The position numbers and the translations under genes are program-made. Positions 18,801 to 27,079 of a stretch of 64,000 nucleotides of DNA are shown one piece after another. The stretch is from Candidatus Spongiisociaceae bacterium (GTDB lineage: Bacteria > Actinomycetota > Acidimicrobiia > Spongiisociales > Spongiisociaceae): the NCBI GenBank assembly GCA_965202665.1, contig OZ241841.1:864001-928000 (forward strand), given 5' to 3'. The number at the start of each line of letters is the position of its first letter. The first letter of the stretch is position 1. The notes beneath the pieces were generated by a model. It searched no databases. It was given only the letters and a program-made list of their open reading frames with translations, and was not told the origin of the DNA.

Positions 18801-20783
18801 CAACGACCACCGCCAGGCATCGTCCTCCAAATCCAGATGGGCGATGTTGATCCACTCCCAACCTTCCTCCGACCACAGCACCGAATCGATCAGCTTGCCC
18901 TGGGCGCGAGCGGCGCTTCCCAGACGACGCACCTCGTCTTCCAAACGATGGCGCTGATACCTGCCTCGGGGCTCTTCGGGAACGGTAACTTCGTTGAAGG
19001 CCTCCGTCATCCCTCGCAGGGCGTCCCGTAACTTTTTGCCCGCCTCCGTAACCGCCCGATAGTGGGGATTTTTGGTGTCCGAACCGCGCCGGATGCGGTA
19101 GGAAACCCCGAACCGCTCGGCTTCCTCCCGGCCCCGTCCGGTGCGGCTGCGCACATATTCCGCCAGCGGGGACTCCAAATCGGGCAGGGCCGCCGCCGCC
19201 TGCTGGGCGGCTTCCCGCAAAGCCGGCAAAGAAGGATCGGCGGCGGCTATTCCGGCTTCGGACAGTCGTTGAATAATTCCCCGCCGGCCGAGCACTGCTT
19301 CGCACAGCAAATGAACATCCCGCCCGGTCACCTGTTCGGTGAGGGCGGAGGTGACCGAATCCTCCATGTTGTGGGCCTCGTCCACTATCAGGCCCCGGAC
19401 TGGTTCCATCGCCTTGCTCATTATCACCAAGGCGTGGTTGACCACCGCCACATGGGAGGTGGCCACCCGGTCGCAGGCCCTTTGGTAGAAATCCAATCGG
19501 CCCAGTTGCGACGACTGATCCGCTTGTTCTTCGGTTCGCAACTTCCAGCGGAGGATTTCCCATTCGGGAACCGTTCCTTCGATGGCGAAAGCGCGCAGAT
19601 CCTCCCAGTCGCCCGTGGGGGTTTCCGCCGCCCAGCCGGCCAGCAAAGCCAAGACCAGGGCCGACCCGGGTTCGAACCCGCCGGCGTCCAATTCGGCGGC
19701 CAGGGATTCCAGGCTCAGGTAGTTGTTCATGCCTTTCAGAACCACCCAGCGGAAAGGTTCCAACCGCTCCTCCAGTTCCAGCAAGGTGGCCATTATCTGG
19801 TCTTGCAGGAGGCGGGTGTGGGGGGCCACCGCCACCGGGGTTCCGGCGGCCCGGGCGTATTCAACGGCCGGGACCAGATAGGCCAGGGTTTTGCCGGTGC
19901 CGGTGGGGGCCTCCGCCAGCAACCTTTGTTTATCGGCCAAAGCATCGGCTACTTGTTGCGCCATCTGCCGCTGTTGCGGACGGGGACGGCGCCCGTCGGT
20001 CATCAACCGGCCTCCTTCTTCAAAGTAGGACAGCACCGCGGGGATGTCATACTTCCCGCTGGGATGCAACGGGGCGGCGGAGGATGGTTCTTCCAGGATT
20101 TCCGCCAGCGGCGGAGGGGCGGCCACCGGTTCCAAAAACTTCGCCCAGGGGTGGCCGCCGGCACCCAGAATCCACCGTTGCAGGCGACGGGCCGGGTTGT
20201 CCTCGTTCAGAATCTGGAGGAGGCGCACCATGATCTGTTGCGTCAGCCGGGCGTCTTCCACGGCTTGGTGCCGCTCCCGTTCTTCGGCGATGGCGAAGTG
20301 CCGGAGCAGATGGTCAATGCCCCGCCCGGGCGGTGGGGCCTCGCCCCGTACGCCGCGGAGGGCGTTGCGTCCCGCCCGCGGGAAAACCAGGTGGGCCAAC
20401 TGCAGGGTGTCCAGCCGCTCCCCCGCCGGAACGGGCAGGCCGGCCTCCCGCAGGGCCATGTCCAATATCGGGAAATCAAAATCGAACCCGTTGTGGGCTA
20501 TCAAAGGCAGGCCCCCCGCCCACTCCAGAAACTCCCGCATCACCTCATCCAAAGGAGGGGCCTCCCGGACATCCTCGTCGACCAGCCCGGTTAACTCGCT
20601 CACCTCCGGGGAGATGCCCGTCTCGCACCGCACCAGCTTGCTGAAACCTTCCCCATCGGCGAGCCGGGGGCCCTGGCCGATGACCGCTCCCACCTGGATG
20701 ATCCGGTTCTTCTCCGGACTTACCCGGACGTGGGTGGTCTCCAAATCGAAGACCACATATTTGTCTCCATTCGTGAAAACCAT
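15819..20783 (-). CDS. DEDDh 3'-5' exonuclease / DinG helicase / RecQ helicase fusion (~1654 aa)
   Basis: Exo: FDLETT, AHNGFDFD, HQAVEDA. DinG: RPQQRQMA, EAPTGTGKT, DEAH, TSATL, FWEGVDIPG, QGVGRLIR. RecQ: LPTGSGKS, DEAHCISQWGHAFRPEY, YHGGM, AFGMGIDK, QETGRAAR, Zn site CLR...CGGCDAC. ATG 20783 is 6 nt after TATGGT. Confidence 0.9.
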   Translation of the reverse strand: MVFTNGDKYVVFDLETTHVRVSPEKNRIIQVGAVIGQGPRLADGEGFSKLVRCETGISPEVSELTGLVDEDVREAPPLDEVMREFLEWAGGLPLIAHNGFDFDFPILDMALREAGLPVPAGERLDTLQLAHLVFPRAGRNALRGVRGEAPPPGRGIDHLLRHFAIAEERERHQAVEDARLTQQIMVRLLQILNEDNPARRLQRWILGAGGHPWAKFLEPVAAPPPLAEILEEPSSAAPLHPSGKYDIPAVLSYFEEGGRLMTDGRRPRPQQRQMAQQVADALADKQRLLAEAPTGTGKTLAYLVPAVEYARAAGTPVAVAPHTRLLQDQIMATLLELEERLEPFRWVVLKGMNNYLSLESLAAELDAGGFEPGSALVLALLAGWAAETPTGDWEDLRAFAIEGTVPEWEILRWKLRTEEQADQSSQLGRLDFYQRACDRVATSHVAVVNHALVIMSKAMEPVRGLIVDEAHNMEDSVTSALTEQVTGRDVHLLCEAVLGRRGIIQRLSEAGIAAADPSLPALREAAQQAAAALPDLESPLAEYVRSRTGRGREEAERFGVSYRIRRGSDTKNPHYRAVTEAGKKLRDALRGMTEAFNEVTVPEEPRGRYQRHRLEDEVRRLGSAARAQGKLIDSVLWSEEGWEWINIAHLDLEDDAWRWSLRRAPISISGQLGELWEKLDSVCLTSATLQVGGDFSYLLDVLGLGTARREVVPTPFEQLPENHLLLLTDYLPAPRGSLLELFEQAEAEEIPRLFTLTGGRSMALFTARARLESVRDHARPPLQALGIPLLAQGEGPAAQLMEEMRNQIPACLLGVRSFWEGVDIPGESLSLLLIEKVPFDSPADPVAGARMEQMELKDKDPFTHYMVPRAGLRFAQGVGRLIRTETDIGVSAVLDNRLCRPGSYQHLLLKSLVGPPAVKEVSSREEAYQKIAEHLGFEFDDELREKISSITSADPWENQVLQLGLDRRVASGEEPDEKLIVNLLEEARGLIGHEQWRDGQLETMIPFMTGRDAVAVLPTGSGKSLTYQLPALLSPGVTLVISPLIALMRNQIHNLRARGVTAAAGIYSGVPQSEQDDILEEAARGSYKLLYVSPERLWSPNFRSRLAKVEVSRVAVDEAHCISQWGHAFRPEYSLIPKALEEICGKRVPTLAVTATATGRTIGETRDLLGLDDTARQIVQLPDRPEIRYYREKCKDFDDRVVKVAKIVDCFRDQSAIVYVPRQADAANLGAMLRAAGVSARAYHGGMTGEERNYVEDAFIHDEIDVVVATKAFGMGIDKPNIALIVHLEMPASIEEYVQETGRAARELEKGTAVLLTTPRDCRIHQFFVDNAVPSREDLKKAWARLDLGSNHLDLDDLLRDEKGRSRKEAAQLALHYLGKIGAVRREQDFVLEGRVIADARSRNKVEELQEEKPELAERAGRILKLVESEGGRYSPIWAERLGCSIPQAESDLFELARRNIVAFPTWKYGWTVERLLDAEPDWSQADQLSNERKEIVEQKALQARKFAREKISCLRASLLEYFGSDGSGRCGGCDACTPDLPRPWAKTEVTKERLVESIEPRRVILYLLDWADGRNFSDRNLKNCLSGERGAKLLPNELQAHPLRGRLRLLGAEGVARTFEGMIEEELVDEEPREWNGTEYKTLVLTATGRALI

Positions 20784-20863
20784 TCGGCAACCATAGCCCG
20801 CCGGCCGGGTTTGCCCCATTTGCCGTTCTCTAGTATTCCGGACAACCGGCGAGGGGAAAGACG

Positions 20864-22819
20864 ATGGATGAGCGGGCGGTCGGGCGGACAATCGAATGGC
20901 ATAAGGCGGCGGAGCCGGGGGAGCTGCCCCCGGGACGGGTGAAGACGGCGACCGCCGGGTTGCGCACCATCTGCCTAACCAACTTCGCGGGCGAATACGG
21001 GGCGTTGGACAACCGTTGCCCCCACCAAGGCGGACCGCTGGGCGAAGGCTCCATCGAGGACTGCTGGTTGCGTTGCCCGTGGCACGGCTACGACTATCAC
21101 CCGCTCACCGGCCAACCCCCGGAGGGGTTCAGCGATTCGGTGGCGGCCTACCCGGTGGAGGTGCGCTCCGACGGGATCTACGTGGGCGTGCCTCCCGAAC
21201 CGGAGCAACTTCGCACCGTGTCCGATGTAATGGTGGAAACGATGATCAACTGGGGCGTCGCCCATGTGTTCGGGATGGTGGGCCATTCCAACCTGGGGTT
21301 CGCCGACGCCATGCGCCGGGCGGAGGAACGGGGCGAGTTGACGTTCATCGGAGTCCGCCATGAAGGGGCGGCCTCTTTCGCAGCCTCCGCCTACGGCAAG
21401 TTGACCGGCCGCTTGGCGGCCTGCTTCGGCATCGCCGGGCCGGGGTCCACCAACCTGCTCACCGGCTTGTACGACGCCAAAGCGGACCGGGCCCCGGTGC
21501 TGGCCCTCTCCGGGCAGGTGCCTTCCCGGGTGAGGGGGCGGGGGGCCTTCCAGGATCTGGACCTGGGCGCGGCCTTCGCCGACGTCGCCCGCTACTCGGA
21601 AACGGCCCTGCCCGATTCCGACCACGCCGAACTGACCTCCCTGGCCTGCAAAACCGCCCTGTTGGAACGGGATGCGGCCCATCTCATCCTGCCCGATGAA
21701 GTCCAGTACCAACCGGCCCCCGGCATTCCCGCCGGAGGACCCGGCGGACGCATGGGCTCGCGGAAAATCCGCCCGCCCGACGAGTCGTTGCAGCAGGCGC
21801 TGGACCTGCTGGGCCGCTCCCGCCGGCCGGTGATCGCGGTGGGGGCGGGAGCCCGGTTCGCCATGGAAGAGATCATCCGCCTGGCGGAACGGCTGGGCTC
21901 CCCGGTGCTGACCACTTTCAAAGCCAAAGGCTTCATCTCCGACCGTCATCCGCTGGGGGCGGGGGTGCTGGGGCGTTCCGGCACGCCGGTGGCCTCCTGG
22001 CTGATGAACGAGTCGGATGCGGTCCTGGTTTTCGGGGCTTCCTTCTCCAACCACACCGGCATCGCCGATTACAAGCCGATCATCCAGGTGGACGACGACC
22101 CGGCCGCCCTGGGCCGCTTCCATCCGGTGGAGGTCCCGGTGCAGGGGGAGGCGGGGGAGACGGCCCGGTTGTTGTTGGAGCTTTGTCCCAACGCTCTCCG
22201 AACCGCCGACCAACGGGAGGATGTGACCCGGCGGTGGTCTATATGGCGGGCGGAGAAGTCATCCCGGGAGGGCGACCGTTCCCAAGCGGGAATTTCGGCG
22301 GCGGCCATATTCGCGGCGATGACCCGCCGTGTGGATTCCCGGGCGGTGATCTGCGCGGACGTGGGCAACAACACCTATTCTTTCGGACGGTATTTCGAAG
22401 CCGACCGGCAGGATGTTTTGATGTCCGGCTATCTGGGCTCCATCGGTTTCGGCTACCCGGCGGCCATGGGCGCCTGGGCTGCCGCCCCCGACCGGCAGAT
22501 CGTAGCCGTCACCGGCGACGGCGGGTTCGGCCAGTACATGGGCGAGTTGACCACCGCCGTCAAATACGGGATGAACATCACCCACCTGTTGCTCAACAAC
22601 CATTCCTTGGGAAAAATTTCCAAAGAACAGCGGGACGGCCGCTACCAAGTGTGGCAAACCGGTTTGCGCAACCCCGACTTCGCCGCCTACGCCCGGCTGT
22701 GCGGAGCTTTCGGACTGCGGGTAACCGACCCCGCCCGCTTGGACGACGCCTTCGCCCAAGCCTTGGCCCACCCCGGCCCGGCCCTAGTGGAAATAATCCA
22801 AGACCCCCTGCTCATCTAA
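20864..22819 (+). CDS. Rieske [2Fe-2S] domain fused to a TPP-dependent (pyruvate oxidase/acetolactate synthase family) enzyme
   Basis: CPHQGGPL...CPWHG; RHEGAA, GPGSTN, GDGGF...NN TPP motif. Confidence 0.88.
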   Translation: MDERAVGRTIEWHKAAEPGELPPGRVKTATAGLRTICLTNFAGEYGALDNRCPHQGGPLGEGSIEDCWLRCPWHGYDYHPLTGQPPEGFSDSVAAYPVEVRSDGIYVGVPPEPEQLRTVSDVMVETMINWGVAHVFGMVGHSNLGFADAMRRAEERGELTFIGVRHEGAASFAASAYGKLTGRLAACFGIAGPGSTNLLTGLYDAKADRAPVLALSGQVPSRVRGRGAFQDLDLGAAFADVARYSETALPDSDHAELTSLACKTALLERDAAHLILPDEVQYQPAPGIPAGGPGGRMGSRKIRPPDESLQQALDLLGRSRRPVIAVGAGARFAMEEIIRLAERLGSPVLTTFKAKGFISDRHPLGAGVLGRSGTPVASWLMNESDAVLVFGASFSNHTGIADYKPIIQVDDDPAALGRFHPVEVPVQGEAGETARLLLELCPNALRTADQREDVTRRWSIWRAEKSSREGDRSQAGISAAAIFAAMTRRVDSRAVICADVGNNTYSFGRYFEADRQDVLMSGYLGSIGFGYPAAMGAWAAAPDRQIVAVTGDGGFGQYMGELTTAVKYGMNITHLLLNNHSLGKISKEQRDGRYQVWQTGLRNPDFAAYARLCGAFGLRVTDPARLDDAFAQALAHPGPALVEIIQDPLLI

Positions 22820-22832
22820 CATAAGGAAGGAA

Positions 22833-23054
22833 ATGATGTTTGATTGGAGCTCTTGCCCGGAGCTGGAATCCGTCCCCGGCAAAGTGAGCGGCGCTTGGGT
22901 GTTTAAAAACACCCGCGTACCCGTACGCGCACTGTTCGAGAACCTGCGTTCGGCGACTGTTGCTGAGTTTTGCGAGATGTTCCCGCCCGTTACGGTGGAA
23001 CAAGCCCGGCATGTCTTAGATTGCGTGTCGACGCACTTGAAGGATCGGGCCTAA
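22833..23054 (+). CDS. DUF433-family protein (antitoxin-like)
   Basis: PGKVSGAWVFKNTRVPVRALFENL pattern; SD AAGGAAGG. Confidence 0.8.
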   Translation: MMFDWSSCPELESVPGKVSGAWVFKNTRVPVRALFENLRSATVAEFCEMFPPVTVEQARHVLDCVSTHLKDRA

Positions 23055-23067
23055 AAGCCGGGGGCGG

Positions 23068-24261
23068 TCAGTTGCGGGGGATTTGGGTCCAGGGGACTTC
23101 CTTGTCCACTCTTGGCTCGCCGGGTAGGCCCAGCACCCGTTCGCCGAGGATGTTGCGCATCACCTCCGAGGTTCCGCCCTCGATGGAGTTGGCCCGGGAA
23201 CGCAAGAAGTTCTTCTGCGGATCCCGTTTGCCCAAGGCCGCCTCGTCGGGGCGCACCATCTCGTAGCCGGACGGGTAGCCCAAACCCTCCGCCCCCAGCA
23301 GTCCCAGCGCAAAATTGTGAATATTCTGTTGCAACTCGGCCCACTGCAACTTGCTGGTGGAACCCTCCGGGCCGGGAACCCCCAACTTGGCCGTCTCGGC
23401 CGCCCGAATCCCGGTTAGGCGCAAAGACTCCGCCTCCGCCCACAGCGAGGCCAGTTTGTCCCGCCTCGCCGGGGTGCGCTCGGAGGGCGGCAAAGTCAGC
23501 CACAGGTCCACCGCGTCCCCGATCGCCCCGCCTCCGCGCGGCGTGGGCAAAGTACCGATGGAAACCCGCTCGTGCATCAGGGTGGTGATGGCCACCGACC
23601 AACCCTGCCCCGTCGCGCCCAGCCGGTTGGCGTCCGGCACCCGGGCGTCGGTCATGTACACCTCGTTGAACTCGGCCTCCCCGGTCAGCTGGCGCAACGG
23701 GCGCACCTCCACCCCCTCCTGCTCCATATCAATGATGAAATAAGTCATTCCCCGGTGCTTGGGGACATCCGGGTCGGTGCGGGCCACCAACAGGCCCCAC
23801 TTGGAAGTGTGGGCCAAAGTCGTCCACACTTTCTGCCCGTTCACCACCCACTCATCGCCGTCCCGCACCGCCCGGGTGGCCAAACCGGCCACATCCGACC
23901 CCGCTCCCGGCTCGGAAAACAGCTGGCACCATATTTCCTCGGCGGTGAACAGGGGACGCAGGAAGCGCTGTTGCTGTTCGGAGGTGCCGTGCTCCACCAC
24001 GGTGGGGGCCCCCATGCCGTATCCGATCATGTTGCGGTTCAGGTTGGCGAACGAAACCCCGGCTTTGCTGAGCGACTCGTGCACCCGGTTGCGAAAACTG
24101 CGGTTGACGGCCAGCCCGCCCTTTCCCTCCGGGAAGTCCACCCAGGCCAAACCCAAGTCATACTGCGCCCCCCAAAACTCCATGTCGTCGGTAACCCCGG
24201 GCGGGAACTCGTCCATCAACCGGGTCAGCCGGTCCTCAATCAGTTCGGCGCTCATTGTCAT
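23068..24261 (-). CDS. Acyl-CoA dehydrogenase
   Basis: WCQLFSEPGAGSD, NGQKVWT, FNEV, SIEGGTSEV. Confidence 0.95.
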   Translation of the reverse strand: MTMSAELIEDRLTRLMDEFPPGVTDDMEFWGAQYDLGLAWVDFPEGKGGLAVNRSFRNRVHESLSKAGVSFANLNRNMIGYGMGAPTVVEHGTSEQQQRFLRPLFTAEEIWCQLFSEPGAGSDVAGLATRAVRDGDEWVVNGQKVWTTLAHTSKWGLLVARTDPDVPKHRGMTYFIIDMEQEGVEVRPLRQLTGEAEFNEVYMTDARVPDANRLGATGQGWSVAITTLMHERVSIGTLPTPRGGGAIGDAVDLWLTLPPSERTPARRDKLASLWAEAESLRLTGIRAAETAKLGVPGPEGSTSKLQWAELQQNIHNFALGLLGAEGLGYPSGYEMVRPDEAALGKRDPQKNFLRSRANSIEGGTSEVMRNILGERVLGLPGEPRVDKEVPWTQIPRN

Positions 24262-24270
24262 CCTCCCATC

Positions 24271-25176
24271 TTAGCCGGCCAACAGCTTACCCAGCATTTT
24301 CAACTCGTCCGCGGAGCTGTCGGGCACGATGTAGGATCCGATGTCCCGGATCTCCTCCAGATGATCCCGCACCTGCTCGGCGGAGGGAACAGCCCCCGGG
24401 CCGGCGAACCATCCTTGGTTCACCCCGAGGAACACCCGGCCGAACCGCCCGCCCCCCGCCGTCCAAATCTGATGGGTGAACCCGCACTGTTCGGAGGCCA
24501 AAAAGACCGCCAGCGGGGTTACGCAATCGGGGGAAACATGCTCCTGCAACGGCCCCAGCAGGTTTTCGGTCATGCGGGTGGCGGCCACCGGAGCGATGGC
24601 GTTGGCCTTGATCCCGTATTTGGCCCCTTCCACCGCCGTCACGTTCATCAACCCCACCAATCCCATTTTGGCCGCCCCGTAGTTGGCCTGCCCGAAGTTG
24701 CCGAACAGGCCCGAGGCCGACGAGGTGAACACAATCCGTCCGTATCCCCGTTCTTTCATCACTCGAAAAGCGGGCCCGGTCACGTGAAACGCCCCCCGCA
24801 GGTGCACGTCCAGCACCGCATGGGCGTCGTCCGCCTCCAGGTTGGCGAGGCTTTTGTCGCGCAGAATTCCGGCGTTGTTGATGACCGCATCCACCGTCCC
24901 GAAGGCGTCCAGGGCGGTCCGCACTATGCTCTCCCCGCCCTCCGGCGCGGCCACCGAATCATAGGAGGCGACCGCTTCGCCTCCCCCCGCCCGGATTTCC
25001 GCCACCACTTCGTCGGCGGCCCGCGCCGACTCCCCCCCGCCGTCCACCGCCCCGCCCGGATCGTTCACCACCACCCGCGCCCCCCGGCGGGCCAACTCCA
25101 AGGCGTAACCCCGTCCCAGTCCCCGCCCGGCCCCGGTGACCACCGCCGTTCGGTTGTCGAAAACTATGTCGGGCAC
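24271..25176 (-). CDS. Short-chain dehydrogenase/reductase (hydroxyacyl-CoA dehydrogenase-like)
   Basis: TGAGRGLG, NNAGILRD, YGAAK. Confidence 0.92.
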   Translation of the reverse strand: MPDIVFDNRTAVVTGAGRGLGRGYALELARRGARVVVNDPGGAVDGGGESARAADEVVAEIRAGGGEAVASYDSVAAPEGGESIVRTALDAFGTVDAVINNAGILRDKSLANLEADDAHAVLDVHLRGAFHVTGPAFRVMKERGYGRIVFTSSASGLFGNFGQANYGAAKMGLVGLMNVTAVEGAKYGIKANAIAPVAATRMTENLLGPLQEHVSPDCVTPLAVFLASEQCGFTHQIWTAGGGRFGRVFLGVNQGWFAGPGAVPSAEQVRDHLEEIRDIGSYIVPDSSADELKMLGKLLAG

Positions 25177-25179
25177 CGG

Positions 25180-27045
25180 CTACCCTTCTTCGTCCGCGGC
25201 GTACATTTCCTCGATCTGCGTTGCGTATTTCTCCAGCACCACCCGTCTTTTAAGTTTCAGGGACGGGGTCAGTTCATCGGTTTCCGCCGACCAAACGTCG
25301 GGGACCACCGCCCAACGTTTGGCCTGCTCCACCCGGGCCGCCTGCTGATTGGCCTCCTCCACCGCCCGGCCGATTTCCGCCAGCAACGCCGGTTCCTTGC
25401 TGAAGCCGGCCATGTCCTGAAAGTCCACCCCGTTGCGGGCCGCCCACGCCGGGGCCGCCTCCTCGTCCAAAGCCACCAGCAAAGTCAGATAGCGGCGGCC
25501 GTCCCCCACCACGCAGGAGTGGGCGATGAGCGGGTTCTGGGCCAGCAAATTCTCCAACCGGGCGGGAGCCACGTTTTTGCCGGCGGCGGTGATGATGATC
25601 TCTTTTTTGCGGCCGATAATGGACAGGAAACCCTCTTCGCCCAAACGTCCCAAGTCGCCGGTGCGCAACCACCCGTCCTCTCCGAACGCGGCCGCGGTGG
25701 CCTCCGGGTCCCGGTAATAGCCTTCGGTCACCAGCCCGCCCCGCATCAGGATTTCATCGTCTTCGGCGATGGCCACCTCCACCCCCGGCATGGCCCGCCC
25801 CACCGAGCCGATCCGGTCCGCCCCGGGGCGGTTGGTCACTCCCGGCCCCGACGATTCGGTCTGTCCGAACAGCTCGTAGACCGGAATCCCGATCCCCCGG
25901 AAGAAAATCAGCAACTCGGGGGCGATGGGGGCGGCCGCTGAAAACGCCAGAATCAACTCGTCCAGCCCCAAGCCGTGCCGAATTTTGCGAAAGACCAGCC
26001 TTTCCGCAAACCACAGTTTGACGCGGTCGGCCGCGGACGGCGACTCCCCCGCCTGCCGGGCCCGTTCCACATTGGAGCCAAGCTCCACCGCCCCCGTCGC
26101 CAGCTGGCGTTTGGCCTTCTTCGGTTCGGCCTGCAGTTTGGCCGACAATCCGGCCTGGAACTTCTCCCACACCCGGGGCACCGCGAAAAAACCCTGCGGG
26201 CGGTGGGCCTGCACCGCGGCCAGCACATTGGCCAAATCCGGTTCGTACCACACCGACCCGGCCCGCCACACGCCGGTGTAATGGCTGGCCATCCGCTCCC
26301 CCAGATGGGCCAACGGCAGATAGGAGACTATGCGCAGATGGTCGGGCAGCTCCGGGAAGGCGCGGGCGATGCATTCGCTGGTCCACAGCACATTGCGATG
26401 GCTGATCATCACCCCCTTCGGGTCGCCGGTAGTGCCCGAGGTGTAAATGAGGGTGGCCAGGTCGCCCGGCCCCGCTTCAGCCGCGGCCCGCTCCACGATT
26501 CCCGGATCGGCGGCCAGCGCCCCCCGCCCCCGGTCCAACAGTCCCTCCCAGGTGAGGTCGCCCTCCCCCGGGGTGAAATCATCCGGCGGGTCCATCACCA
26601 CCACATGCCGCAACTCGGGGATCTCCGACCGCACCTGCGACCATTTCTCGTAATACTCGGCGTTTTCCAAGATGGCGACTTTCGCCCCGCAGTGCCCGGC
26701 GATGTAGGAAACCTGGGAGGGGGCCAACGTGTTGTACATAGACACCGGGACCGCCCCGGCGAAAATGGCCCCCAAATCGGCCATGACGTGCTCCGGACGG
26801 TTGGAGGCCATAATCGCCGCGAAGTCGCCCTTCCCCATCCCCAGCGACAGCAAACCGGCCGCCGCCTCCCGCACCCGGTCCCGGTAAGCGGACCAACTCA
26901 TGGTGCGCACGCCGTCCGGTTCCGTCCATTTCAGGGCGGCCCGGCTGCCGAACCGTTCCGCGTTGCGGTTCATCACGTCCACCAAGGTCATGTCCCCGAT
27001 GGCGGCCGCTATCTCGTTGCGTTCCTGTTCAACCTTGGAATTCAC
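25180..27045 (-). CDS. Long-chain fatty acid-CoA ligase
   Basis: YTSGTTGDPKG, SYLPLAH, VPRVWEK, GWLRTGDLG; likely GTG start 27045. Confidence 0.92.
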   Translation of the reverse strand: MNSKVEQERNEIAAAIGDMTLVDVMNRNAERFGSRAALKWTEPDGVRTMSWSAYRDRVREAAAGLLSLGMGKGDFAAIMASNRPEHVMADLGAIFAGAVPVSMYNTLAPSQVSYIAGHCGAKVAILENAEYYEKWSQVRSEIPELRHVVVMDPPDDFTPGEGDLTWEGLLDRGRGALAADPGIVERAAAEAGPGDLATLIYTSGTTGDPKGVMISHRNVLWTSECIARAFPELPDHLRIVSYLPLAHLGERMASHYTGVWRAGSVWYEPDLANVLAAVQAHRPQGFFAVPRVWEKFQAGLSAKLQAEPKKAKRQLATGAVELGSNVERARQAGESPSAADRVKLWFAERLVFRKIRHGLGLDELILAFSAAAPIAPELLIFFRGIGIPVYELFGQTESSGPGVTNRPGADRIGSVGRAMPGVEVAIAEDDEILMRGGLVTEGYYRDPEATAAAFGEDGWLRTGDLGRLGEEGFLSIIGRKKEIIITAAGKNVAPARLENLLAQNPLIAHSCVVGDGRRYLTLLVALDEEAAPAWAARNGVDFQDMAGFSKEPALLAEIGRAVEEANQQAARVEQAKRWAVVPDVWSAETDELTPSLKLKRRVVLEKYATQIEEMYAADEEG

Positions 27046-27079
27046 TGGCTTTCTCCTCTGCTCTTGGAAGCCGGGGCCC

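Noticed and set aside
23572-25941. Long plus-strand ORFs here and at 49319-51424 and 61364-63313
   Set aside because: Antisense shadows of clear genes, no motifs
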